From: Podarcis muralis
Taxonomy: Eukaryota
Length of the DNA: 64,000 nucleotides
NCBI RefSeq assembly: GCF_964188315.1
Contig: NC_135657.1
Coordinates: 61,132,001-61,196,000, forward strand
Direction: 5' to 3'
The position numbers and the translations under genes were made by a program. Shown here piece by piece: positions 1 to 11,162 of the stretch. The notes below the pieces were generated by a model. It searched no databases. It was not told where the DNA came from and was given only the letters and a program-made list of their open reading frames with translations. How positions within the stretch are numbered: the stretch's first letter is position 1; every line of letters begins with the position of its first letter.

Positions 1-310
1 TGAAGCTGGCGTAGCTTCATTCAGTAGACCGGCTCCTTTAAAATATAAACAGATCTTGGATTCTGGCAAGACAGTGATCAACAGGAGTCCCTAGCATCTC
101 TGTCTGTCTCCCCCACATGCCCTCTCCTTGCTAGCACCTAAAAGGGAAAAATCACGAGTGGTTCTTGATATTACATGAATTATTGAACGTAAGCATAGCA
201 GTAAGAGGCATTGGATACATTGCACATTTTCAGTATGATAATCCAAAATTAATCACTGGACATTGTAGGGAAACACCCAAACAACTTTGGCCTGATATGT
301 ATGAGCAACT

Positions 311-451
311 GAATCATAGATTCATAGAGTTGGAAGGGACAACAAGGGTCATCCAGTCCAACCCCTGCAATGCAGGAATCTTTCACCCAACATGGTGCTC
401 AAACACACGACCCTGAGATTAAGAGCATCATGCTCTACTGGCTGAGCTGCC
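311..451 (-). mobile_element. tRNA-Lys-derived SINE with CR1-type 3' tail
   Basis: Minus strand reads GCTCAGCCAGTAGAGCATGATGCTCTTAATCTCAGGGTCGTG..., a degenerate tRNA-Lys(CTT), followed by ATTCCTGCATTGCAGGGGTTGGACT.GATGACC...TTCCAACTCTATGAATCTATGATTC (CR1 tail). Confidence 0.75.
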
Positions 452-768
452 TTACTTTGATTGTTAAACATTTTAACTTGCATTGATTAAATTATATGTA
501 TTTTGTTTTAATTATTGCAAGCCACTGCAACGGCACTGCTTGAAAGTGCCTTATAAATTGAATGAATAGTTCATACTGTCATAATCACTTCAGCACATAG
601 TTAAACTACAGAATTCACTCCCACAAGAAGTAGCGATGGCCACGAACTCAGATGGATGTTTTTAAAGATTAGACAAATTGCTGTAGGATAAGGCTACCGA
701 TTGTTAGTATCCATGATCATAGAATGAGTACTCACATTTTCTCTTTCTATTGACTATTTAAAATTCAG

Positions 769-947
769 ATATGGCACAACTAGATGGATTAAGGATGCAG
801 AATGCAGAAATATCAGTCAGACCTGGTGTGACCTCTCACGTGGAACAAGTGACCATAAGGAGCTATATCATGCCAGAGTAAAAGCTTTTCTGAATGGAAG
901 TTGTTCCAGCTGGACAGAATCTCCTCGGTTTAATCCATTGACAGACA
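769..947 (+). CDS. IL20RA: IL20RA internal coding exon (homologous to human exon 3), first FNIII domain
   Basis: Acceptor ttcag|A at 768/769 and donor A|gtaagg at 947/948; 179 nt. Encodes YGTTRWIKDAECRNISQTWCDLSRGTSDHKELYHARVKAFLNGSCSSWTESPRFNPLTD, matching class II cytokine receptor/IL20RA (human YGQKKWLNKSECRNINRTYCDLS...YYAKVKA...F.PFLET, recalled). Confidence 0.95.
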
Positions 948-1350
948 GTAAGGAGACGCCTAAGGAATGCTATGTTTTCATAATAGTATTGAAAGTTTCC
1001 AGAGGGCAGATTGCCAGTCAGAACTCATGTTGTGCAACAGACTCCACTAAAATGCTTGCGATAAAATTTGATGTGATGGTTGCTTAAGCAGGCACTAGTT
1101 TAAACATGGCTTGAAAACTGCATTTATTATTCTTTCTATATAGCAAAGTGATTAGGGCTTTGATCACAGAGATCCTGCGTCAACACTGGATTTGAATCAC
1201 AGCTTTGTCATTTGCATGAACAGCCTACTTGCCCAACTTCTTTGAGGTTCACACTGGACTTAGCATTAATTGCATAAAAGCAGGGGCAAACTAGGCTTTA
1301 TTTAATCCAGCTCAAAGACCCAATTTGGCACCCTCCTCACACGCATTTGC

Positions 1351-1354
<4 letters not shown>

Positions 1355-1400
<46 letters not shown>
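1355..1400. repeat. (AG)23 microsatellite
   Basis: Directly visible; explains the RERERE ORF. Confidence 0.98.
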
Positions 1401-1401
<1 letters not shown>

Positions 1402-2201
1402 CTGGGAGCCTCAGTGGTGCCCCTCTGGAGACTTCACCTGGGGCAAAAAAATAGTCCCTGCCCCCCCCCCCCAGCTATGGCACTGCATGAAAGCAACTAG
1501 CACACACATCTTTGTTATGTGAGTGGTGTAAAGTCTGGCGGGTGGGAGTTTAACTCTTTCTCTTCCATTACACTCCCAACAAAAATCACTTCCCCAAAGT
1601 TGTTATTTGCATTTCAGGGGAGCTGTCTTGCTCATGCTTTTTAGCTTACATTGAAGTTGGACTGATTGGCTGCTTTTAATATTATTGGGTGGAAAGTGTT
1701 TCTAAACCAATATTTGTATTGTATTTTTTAAGGCTGTATTTTGGAGTTTTCATGTTTGTAAACTAGCTTAAGGTTTTTGCCTTTAAAGGCAGCCTAAAAG
1801 TATTTTGTTTTTATTTATTTATTTTAAAAAGTTCAAGGGAGTTGATAAGAGTTTGTAATTCACCACAGCTCACCCTGCTATTATGAAAACTGTGATAGCC
1901 TGTTGGGCTGTTGATTCTGGGTGCCATGAAAGGGCAATAAATTAAACAATTTATCGTAAGGTTGAAGGGGAGAGAGGTGCTTATGGAGTTTTGTGCCTCG
2001 GTTGCTAAAATAACTTCACCAGCTTTTGAGTGTTACAAATCAAGGCTTGGGCAGGGATGGTGGAGCTGGGAGGGGCCCCATTCGCTGCTCTGCAACCACA
2101 CATCAAAAGAAAAGACTGATGAGGGAATATTATCACAGTTGGCTATAGTTGTTTTCTTGTCACTATGCACACTCTAATATATACTTGCTTTTCTTTTCCA
2201 G

Positions 2202-2377
2202 CTAAAATTGATCCACCCGCATTTGCCTTGTCTTCTGCTGAAAAATCTATTTCAGTCATTGTGGCTGCACCTAAGACATGGAGCAGAAACTCCAGAAATG
2301 AGCCTAATTATCTGCACGAAATATATCCCATCCTACAATATAACGTATCTGTATTCAACACTAAAAAAAAGACACAG
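2202..2377 (+). CDS. IL20RA: IL20RA internal coding exon (human exon 4 equivalent), start of second FNIII domain
   Basis: Acceptor ttttccag|CT and donor CAG|gtaaaa; 176 nt; phase matches the previous exon. Encodes (T)KIDPPAFALSSAEKSISVIVAAPKTW...LQYNVSVFNTKKKTQ, versus human TQIGPPEVALTTDEKSISVVLTAPEKW...LKYNVSVLNTK. Confidence 0.95.
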
Positions 2378-3091
2378 GTAAAATTTGATTAGAAAGGGGT
2401 ATTAAGCAATTTAAATCGGTTCTGGATTAATTGGAGATGGTCATGTTATTAGGATGTTGAGAAGGGGCAGTTGTCTGCTTTGCAGATATGTATGTGGATG
2501 GATGATGAAGATGAAGGATAGTTCTTGGGAGCACAGCATAATTGGGAGTGTGAGCAATGAGGGTGAAAATAACATGGTGCTTAGTCATGTAAATGACTTT
2601 CCCCTGATAACGACGACAGAAAATCACTACACGCGCAAGACACTTGTGGGAGGTTGCAAATCTGGGGCAGAAGATTATATGTGGGGAAGGGATATTTAAC
2701 GCTTTCCCTGTGGGCCAGTGTCTTGCCCTCTGCCTTTAAAACCTTCCCCTCACCCAAACTGCTTTTTGTCCCAGCAAGAGGAAGAGCCAGGAACTAGCTG
2801 TGGCAAAGAAAGAAATGCCAACCTGGGAACCCAGGGCTTGGTGCCATGTCCAAGCAGATGCCTGCGATCTCATCTCAATTGCCTGAACTATGTGATGACT
2901 GTGGTGGCTGGGAAGAAAGTGAAGATGTGGGGTGAAAGAAAGCCAGCAGTAGAGACCGAAATCAAAAGCTAAGAAAGGAGAGAGATCCTGTTCTTTAGCT
3001 GTCATCTCTATACTGATGGCACTGTGTTTTTTAGCTAGCTCACTTAATCTCAAAATATAGACCTGCTTTCTCCTTATATATAGGATTAAGG

Positions 3092-3441
3092 CAGGGGATG
3101 GCAACCTAAGGCCCATGGGCCACAAGCAGCCCATGGGGGTTGTTGAACCAGCCCATGGACTCCCACCGCCTGCTTGGGGACCCCTGCCACCCACTCAGTT
3201 GGCTCCCATGCACCGTGCTAAACTGGCACGGAGCAGAGCGGGGACCTCCTTCCGCGATGCTGGCTGGCTTCCCAGCTCCTGCAGCCAATGGGAAGCTGTG
3301 CATGCCTCCTCTGCACTGGAAGGAGCTCCCAAAATAGTGTGTGTGCATGTGTGCATGTGTGCATGTGTGTGCACTCCGGCCCACCACGGCGTCTGTGGGA
3401 CCGTGAACTGGCCCAAGCCACAAAAATGTTGCCGACCCCTG
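3092..3441. mobile_element. Non-autonomous hAT (Charlie-like) element in an IL20RA intron
   Basis: TIRs CAGGGGATGGCAAC / GTTGCCGACCCCTG (12/14 match). Perfect 8-bp TSD GATTAAGG at 3084-3091 and 3442-3449. 350 bp. Confidence 0.9.
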
Positions 3442-3605
3442 GATTAAGGTATAACAATCTGAACGGAGACGCACGTTTTTCTCCACTCTCTGGTGGTTGG
3501 TTCATAGATGAAACCATAGGTAGAATGTTCCTGTGTTTCTGTGATTCTCCAATATATTGTTGTATAGTTAAGTTCTGAAGTGTGACAATGCCTTCTTTCC
3601 CCTAG

Positions 3606-3744
3606 TGGATGTTCTGTATTAAAAGCAACAGACTTGATGTGTTCCATTTAGAGTCGAATACAGTGTACTGTGTCACAGTGCAGGTATATATTACTCCACT
3701 CCTGTTCAGTGGACTCTCCAAAGATTGCATTGCTACTTTGAAAG
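3606..3744 (+). CDS. IL20RA: IL20RA internal coding exon (human exon 5 equivalent)
   Basis: Acceptor tttcccctag|TGG and donor AAAG|gtaagc; 139 nt, entering in phase 0 and leaving in phase 1. Encodes WMFCIKSNRLDVFHLESNTVYCVTVQVYITPLLFSGLSKDCIATLK, with the conserved LE(P/S)NT.YCV motif and C..TLK. Confidence 0.93.
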
Positions 3745-5838
3745 GTAAGCAAAGAACTATAAAACACATCTCCAATACAGGATGCAAATTTGTTGCTTTA
3801 ATATCAAATAATTCTAAAAATAGATAAAAGCAATTGAGAAATCCTTTTTTGTACAAGTCATGACAAGATCCTCTTGGCTTTACAAAGGTATACAACCTTG
3901 TTTCTTAGTGAAGCTTCTTTCTAAATAACAGTCAGCTGAGGACAAACCATATCTCCAGGCAACCCTAATTGCTGGATCTGTGCCTTAACTATAGGCTAAG
4001 AGCTATTACCTTCTCCCTTGAAGTTCTAATAGCTCATTAAAGAGCCCATGGATCTATAGAGACACCTAGCCACTCAAATGAGGCAAAGGATCATCCAAAC
4101 CTGTCCAACTGGCGAACCACAGTGAACGATCACCTAGATTAGTGCAAAACAAGTGCTGGAACTGCAGGAGTGGCCCTGATGTGGGTGAAGAGGGGGGGGG
4201 GGAATCATTGCTCAGAAGCATAGATCATGCCCAGGTAGCAACTGCTGCCACCCCCATTGCAAGAATTTTCAAAGGAACAATACTGTATCATTCTCATTGA
4301 GCATTCTTTTACAAGAAAGCTATAGGACTACCACAGGCCATCAAACCACTTCAAGTAGTGGCAGTGTGTGTGGGATTCTTTTTTAAGAAAAACCATCCAT
4401 AGCCATTTCTATAATGTAAGACACAAAAAAGTCATGGAATAGCCCTCTCCCCCACATGCACAGCGGATGAATGAGCCTGCAAAAGTATGAAGGGGAGGAT
4501 ATTTGACCAGTTTTTTTCCAAAACCCCAGGGAGCCACTACTAGTAAGCCTTGACAACACTGAGCTGGATGAGCCACTTGTCTGATTTGGTATAAGGCAGC
4601 TTCCTTTGTTCATATATGTTCCACGTTTATAGAGTTTTCCTTGGTTTATAAAAGTACTCTTTTCAATGTCAGAAGACCTGGAAGCACCTCTGCCATCTTT
4701 CTCTCTCTTATATGATGATAAGGGGGAAACCTGCAGGCAATATCCTCATCCAGCCCCAACCCACCCCCAAAAAACTGCTAAGGCAGAGATCTTGCAGTGT
4801 TCTGTCCAATTACTGCAAAGGTTACATAATGGCTTGCTTTGAATTGTGTCACCCTGACTAGCTTGTCCTTTAGGTTTTGCTTTTCCCACCCTGATTTACA
4901 AGGACTCTCCAATGTTCTGTCACCATCACCGCAACATTTCTGGCTATTGGCCTGCTTAGGGGAAGCATCTTTGAGCCGTGTTCATTTCCCCATCCATTCC
5001 CTCTCAACCTGTAAATTACCCGCAATAGCCTAGTGCTCCATCCTCCAAAAAATTACTGGTCTCCACTTTCCACTCTTCAGTGAAGGAAAATCAAAAGTTA
5101 TATATTGCCTGCTGCACCCGTTTCAGGTTAGAGTTGCAGAAATAGGCCCTCTTTTTACTGCTTGCCATTTTCAGCACTGCCGTATTAAGTGGCTGCCTTT
5201 GGTTCCATTCGAATCTGAAGAGCATAATTTTGAATCTTTTATTAGAAACCAGCAAGTCAGCCCTTTTTAGTCCCTGTTAGCAATCTGTGTATCCCTAATA
5301 ATTGGGGGAAATTAGGCAAAGAAGAATCTGCTGGCAAGGACCTCAATAACTTGCTAGGGAAGAACAGCCTAAATATAGAGTTTAAAAGAACCTAGCCCAG
5401 CTGCTCTACGAGTAAAAAGTTACAGAGTACATGTATTTTACCGCATACATACGACTTTTGAAAGGGATAATATTTCCCAAATGCTGTATTATAAGTGAAG
5501 AAATTGGAAGAAAGAATGGTGTCAAAGTGCTTTTATTGAAGCTACAGGCAACATTTCTTCCTTTCTGGCTGGCTTTCATAATTTTCACTGTTGTTCAAAA
5601 ATCTTACAACAATTTATAATACTAAAATTGTTGAAATCTCAACCACTTGTGAAATACTGTTGAGTTGTGGCATGTATTTTTTAATGTTTTGTATTAATAA
5701 TTGATATCGTTTTTATTGTTGTCTTCTTTTTTAATGGAGCCTATTTAGACTTCCATATCCAATTACCAGTAATAAATGCTGATGACTGCTGGATATTTGG
5801 AAAAATGAACAGCATCTAATGCACATATTTCTCCACAG

Positions 5839-5978
5839 ATTCGGCTTTCAAGGAGGCTGTGACAATCTTACTCGGATATATTTTGCCTGTCCTTCTAACA
5901 GTCCTTATTATTTTGGTGTCATGCTGTTGTGTATATAGGTACATTCATATCACAAAGCAAAAGTACCCTACAAACCTG
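5839..5978 (+). CDS. IL20RA: IL20RA transmembrane exon (human exon 6 equivalent)
   Basis: Acceptor ctccacag|AT and donor CTG|gtaagg; 140 nt. Encodes (D)SAFKEAVTILLGYILPVLLTVLIILVSCCCVYRYIHITKQKYPTNL: a hydrophobic TM helix followed by YRYIH...K.P.NL as in human IL20RA. Not listed in the ORF track. Confidence 0.93.
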
Positions 5979-6477
5979 GTAAGGGTTCTTTATTATCCTT
6001 GCAGTATGTAATGTATCATATGGTTAAGGCCCAGTCCAAACGCTTAAAAACTCCCCGTGAGAAAATATTTATTAATTAATATTAATCAGCCAAAGGCCTG
6101 GTTGAAGAGGAACATTTTCGCCTGGGGCTCGGTTACTTGGATTGGGGTCGAGAAACTGGGGCAAAGAGTTGGAACCCACCTCCCCCCATCATCTTGCCCC
6201 CAGTCCATATTGGGGGCGGGGGCTGCAACTGCTTTTTCCAAAAGCCCAAGACATTCCCCATGTTATTGCTACATCATATTTAGTATGAAGCCATATTAAT
6301 TAGTCTGGGTTCTTTTCCAAGACATAAAAGAAAAGGCAAATGCTGGCTACCCCCGATTGGTTGTGGCTCTCAGACATAGGGCCGCTGAGAGCCTTTTTAA
6401 GTGGAGATGTCAGAACCTAAACTAGTACTTTGTATAAGCAAGGTAAGTGCTACGCTACTGAGCTGTGGCCCTTCCCC

Positions 6478-6598
6478 CATGACACTCTTGATCTCAGGGT
6501 CATGGGTTTGAGCCCCACATTGGGCAAAAAATTCCTGCATCCTAGAGGGTAGGACTAGATGACCCTTGGTGTACCTTCCAACTCTACAATTCTATTAT
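6478..6598 (+). mobile_element. 5'-truncated copy of the same tRNA-Lys/CR1-tail SINE
   Basis: CATGACACTCTTGATCTCAGGGTCATGGGTTTGAGCCCCACATTGGGC...GACTAGATGACCCTTGG...TTCCAACTCTACAATTCTA; collinear with 311-451. Confidence 0.75.
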
Positions 6599-7225
6599 AT
6601 TATTATTCACCCACCCACCCAATGTTTGTGTGTGCTGCATTTTCTTATTTCACCTAATAGGCTAATGTTTAGTAGTCTTCCACAAACTTGCTGATAAGCA
6701 TCTAACAGAAAATTATTCTGAAGAATCTTTGCCTTAAGCAAGGACTAAAGTATTCTCGGGCAATAAGCACTGAGAAGCCAGCAGCAAGGCTATATTTGCA
6801 CATAAAGATGCATTAAAAAAGAAATCAATGACCACAAATTATGAATGGATGAATTAATTGCTGAGAAAAATAAGAAATTAAGCAATGTAGAAGCACTGAA
6901 CTAGATCTACATTGTCCCCAGCTATTCCAACCCTTGGAATTTGCAACACATTTATCCAGCAAACTACCTGGCTTTAGTGTCTGCCATTTAAAATGCACTA
7001 CAATCTTCTTTACTTAAACATTTTTCCAACTTGCAGCCAAGCATAGGAACCAGTCCGTTCAATTAAAAATCTACAAATGTAATTCACTGCTTTTTGTCTA
7101 CAAAAGAGGATAAAAGTAATGGGCCCTGACAATTGTTTTCCTTTTAATTGTTTTCCTTGTTGAACATAATTGGAAGACTACTGCCACTATTTATACATTA
7201 TATTAGAAGGATGGTCCTGTGGGAA

Positions 7226-7410
7226 AGGGATGCAACTTGGTGGCAGAGTATGTGCAAAGGGTCCCAAATTTGATCCCTGTTATCTCCAGGTAGCGATGGG
7301 AAAGGCTACCGTCTGAAAACCTGGAGAGCAACTACTTGTCAGTATAAACAATACTGAGCTGATGGCACCAGTGGTCTGTCTCAGCAAAAGGTGGCTTCCT
7401 AACATTCCTA
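7226..7410 (+). mobile_element. Degenerate Squam2-like SINE in the last IL20RA intron
   Basis: Collinear with 17730-17922 (ATCTCCAGGTAG...AAACCTGGAGAGC...AATACTGAGCT...GGTCTG...CTTCCTA..TTCCTA). Confidence 0.6.
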
Positions 7411-7447
7411 GCTATTGTTTGTGCAGCAAAATAATAATAATATAGAT

Positions 7448-7587
7448 CAGTTCTTTTTTTGGGGGGGACACAGGGGTACGCATACCCCTAAACATTCTGT
7501 GACCCTAAGTTTGGCCTCATTGAGGGGCAGTATTTCAATATGAGTAGGAAAATGAGAGTACTTTTTTTTTTTAGAAAGAAAGCACTG
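7448..7587. mobile_element. Short hAT-like MITE in the last IL20RA intron
   Basis: TIR CAGTTCTTTTTTT versus reverse complement CAGTGCTTTCTTT (11/13 match); flanks ATATAGAT / ATATAGTC (6/8 match). Confidence 0.6.
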
Positions 7588-8226
7588 ATATAGTCTTGAC
7601 TTGTTCCAGAAATTGGTTGAAAGGAAAGGAAAGGCAGTCTATGCAATACTTCCCAATCCGCATAATAGTTGTGGTGTGAAAGCACATAAATTTTATACAT
7701 AGACCTAATGCAGCTAACATTATTCAGGACTAAATTGAAGTAAAAGCAGTGAGACTTTGAGAGCAATCCAATGCACACACCCTTATGCCATGCTGAAGGG
7801 AGGACATCATATTAGCTGGAAGCGCACTTCCACGCAGCTCTCCTGGCAGAGCCATTCACCACTGTTCTCCCCTTGCCACCCACCAAACAGTTGCCAGCAT
7901 CAGGCCCAGAAATAGAGTGTTCCAAGTGCAGAGAGGCAGTGGGGCTGAACTAGGCCAGAATTCATTGATTCTGAGCTTGTCTGGATGGGAAGCACTGAGA
8001 CGAGTTCAACTTGGAATGCTAATGTATAGACAAATGTAGAAGACTGCCCATGGGATAATCAGATCTCTACAACCCGCATGCGCATTAACACAGTGGTGTG
8101 TGTACAACCTTAGTAAGTAATTAACTTTAGCTGGGTTGGGGCTTTAACTTAAAAGTAGAGACTGCAATTAATGGATCTCTCAGTTTTCTTTTTTAAATTA
8201 CAGCTTCCTTTTTTTCTCCTCCCCAG

Positions 8227-9282
8227 GTTTTGAAGTATAGTGACAAATGTGAGACAGGCAATTTGCTTCCTTCTGAAAAAACTGTGATTAACTTCATTAC
8301 TATTAATATCACTGAAGAGCAGAAGACCTCTCTGGAGGACGCTCGTTTACTAGGCAGTGCCCACAGCAGAGATGGATGTTGTGATGGAAACGGTGTTGAG
8401 GGAAAAGCTTCAGAAGTGCAACTAGCACAACAGGATTCTCAAGACGCTTGCCTAAATGAGGAAGTTATGTTTGAAAATGAGCAAGATGAGAAGAAGCTAC
8501 CCATGATGAAGCTTGTATCTCAAAGGGCTTCAGGTGAGAAGCATGAGGATGAAGTTGTGGTCTATGAATTTGACTTGAGGGCTGAAGATACAACTCTGGT
8601 TCAAGAGAAGCTGAGCTTAAAAGCTGGCATTTGCGCACTAGAGGGACTGCTTCACAAACTGCAAAAAGTACCTCCAGATTTAATAACTGATGGAACAGAA
8701 CTGGCCTACTGTCCCCAGTTTGGTGTGGGAGCTCCAGGTATCCGTTCAGGAGAGCAACCAAGAGAGACCCTTTTGAATAAGATGGGCTCTGGACATAATG
8801 GCCTCCAAGCTCCTTCACAAAATTTGGTGCCCAATAAACAAGGCCAAACTTTTTGTCCTCAATGCAGTGTGGTGGCAGATACTTGTTTGGCACATAATCA
8901 AAAAGAGACCTTCTTCGATGAGAAAAGAGCTGCACTTGAAAAACCACAAACTTTTGCAAACGTAGTGACGAGAAGTGCAACATCAAAGCATCAAACATGG
9001 GCCACCCAGGACCAGGAGGCAGCAAAGAAAGCAAAAGTGGAAGATGAGCAGAGCATAATAATAGATTGGGACCCCCATACTGGAATACTTAATATACCCT
9101 TGTCTAATTTAATAAGTGATGAAATAATTGAGAATGAAAAGTATGAAGATTCTCTGGAGGAGGGACTTCTGTCCAGAGTTTATGAGAGACAGTGCTCTGC
9201 TGAGCTGTTAGAGAGAGATGAAGAAAGGTATCTCCTGCACCTTAAAGAACAATGGGGACTGTATATACAAATGCAAACCTAA
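8227..9282 (+). CDS. IL20RA: IL20RA terminal coding exon, cytoplasmic domain (351 aa + TAA)
   Basis: Acceptor ctccccag|GTT, phase 0. Contains IL20RA hallmarks EKTVINFITINI, YEFDLR, YCPQ, IDWDPHTG.L.IP, EEGLLSRVYE and the terminal EQWGLYIQM. The five joined exons give an uninterrupted frame of about 562 codons. Confidence 0.96.
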   Translation, partial: VLKYSDKCETGNLLPSEKTVINFITINITEEQKTSLEDARLLGSAHSRDGCCDGNGVEGKASEVQLAQQDSQDACLNEEVMFENEQDEKKLPMMKLVSQRASGEKHEDEVVVYEFDLRAEDTTLVQEKLSLKAGICALEGLLHKLQKVPPDLITDGTELAYCPQFGVGAPGIRSGEQPRETLLNKMGSGHNGLQAPSQNLVPNKQGQTFCPQCSVVADTCLAHNQKETFFDEKRAALEKPQTFANVVTRSATSKHQTWATQDQEAAKKAKVEDEQSIIIDWDPHTGILNIPLSNLISDEIIENEKYEDSLEEGLLSRVYERQCSAELLERDEERYLLHLKEQWGLYIQMQT

Positions 9283-9751
9283 CTTTCTTTCCCGTCATGA
9301 TTTAATTTACTACTAAGTAGAATTATTTTAATAGTTAAGATTAATTGCTTACAGTATGAAGCTGGTGACCATCAAACCATCAATGACTATCAAAGGCCAT
9401 TGGTTTTACTTATTGGTGAACTCCAACAAAGTAATCTGCTTTTATTCATTCAGTAGTCTTGCACCAATGCATGTATTTGTTGAGAATTGCATTGATTCAA
9501 ACCAATATCTATATATATTTTAAAAAAACCAACACCAGTTAAACGTATACGATAAGGGCATAGAGTACATGCTTGTCAATTTCAGTACTAACTTTAGATG
9601 GAAGACACTTGCTAGACTTCGAAAAGAAATTTTCAGAAAACCATTCAGCTTTGAGATGATCTGTTTGCCTCAGATATGACATTGTCCTAGGGTAGTGGGG
9701 TAGTAGCTAGAGTTGAACCAAGTGATAGTGTCAGTTAGATGTAAATCAGCA

Positions 9752-9757
9752 AATAAA
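9752..9757 (+). other. Candidate IL20RA polyadenylation signal (AATAAA)
   Basis: First canonical AATAAA I found after the stop, about 470 nt downstream. The 3' UTR also begins with two AUUUA pentamers (9300-9309). Confidence 0.45.
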
Positions 9758-11162
9758 AATCCTGGGGGCAGGCATTGCTTGGCAGAGAGCAACTAACAGC
9801 CCCTGTGACTACCAGACATGACTGCTATATCCTATCTCCAGGATCAAAAGCAGCATACTTCTAAATACTAGTTTCAGTGAAACAAATGGAGAGGGTGGCT
9901 TGTCGTGTTTGCGGGCTTCCCATTGGCATCTGGTTGGCCCCACTGTCTCTGATCCTTTGGTCTGATCTAGCAGGATTCTTGTAGCTTGGCTCCCAGTCTC
10001 CTCTGCTTCTTGGCTACTGCATTCGTGCAACACCACACATTGTGTATGCTGGGAATAGCACATATAGGAAACAAAGGGGGAAACCCCATAGGCCCTGTTA
10101 TGTCTCAGATATGTGAAAATACACCTCCAGTCTTTGGAAACAGAAGTCTATTAAGCCTTTATAAGAAATGGGATGTTAGCTGTGATCAGTTAATAGACAG
10201 AAAAAGCAGAGAACTTCAGCCAATGAAAATAGTATTTTGTCATTTTTGCCCCATGCCTTTTGCACACAGTATAGCTCTGAAGCAATTAATCGCATAAAAT
10301 ATATCACTTTTCCATTTCTGCATCAACACAGTATGAGTAAATCAATGTTGACACGTTCAGCATCCTGGAGGAAGTCACCTCTATTAGCCTAAAGCATTCT
10401 GATCACCTTAAAGTAATCAGGCCTGACACTTTCATCCAACCTGAGGAATTGGCAGCAGTCGGAACCTCTCCATAGGAAAGCATAGTTGCATCCAATATTT
10501 TGAACAATTTTGAATAATCAATTACATGGACAATTCAAGCTAATAGAAGAATTCACTAGCTTGAGTTTGAGAGTTTGGTTACAGCATGTTGGTAAATTAC
10601 ATGTAATTGGCTGTGTGAACACATGTAGGAAGAATGAATGCATATTGTACATGCTGCTGGCTTCTGAAATTATATTGTTGGCATTTAGTGTTAGTGCCAT
10701 AGCTTTACCTTTTCCTATTTATGTTTTAAAGATAACAGCTGAACAGGAGCATCTTGTATGAACAAACAGATGTGTCTGAGGCACGTCTGGCAAAGCTGCT
10801 TAAAACTTCTCCAAGCACTCAAACACTTCTCTACTCAGCTTTCGCAAATGTGAATTGTAAGGTTATGAAGGAAAAATAATGTGGGACATAAGAAAGCCAG
10901 CTCATACATACATGTACACCACTTGATTCCTTTGTCATTTGATGGCTCATGTTAATCCATGAAAAGGTATTTGTGTCTGATGTGACACAGCAGTTCTTAT
11001 AGTGACTCATTTCCACTAGTTACCTTTTGGTGCTGTATTCATCAAGTGATGGTTGTGTATGTGGTGCCAAGGTTTAGGGAAAGCTATCTAGAGGCATGAA
11101 GGTGAAATTATCTGTTAATATGCAGTATTAAATTCTAGAGATCTGGAGTGGGGAACCTCATA

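Noticed and set aside
8465-9034. 189-aa - strand ORF over the last IL20RA exon
   Set aside because: Antisense shadow with no homology that I recognise.
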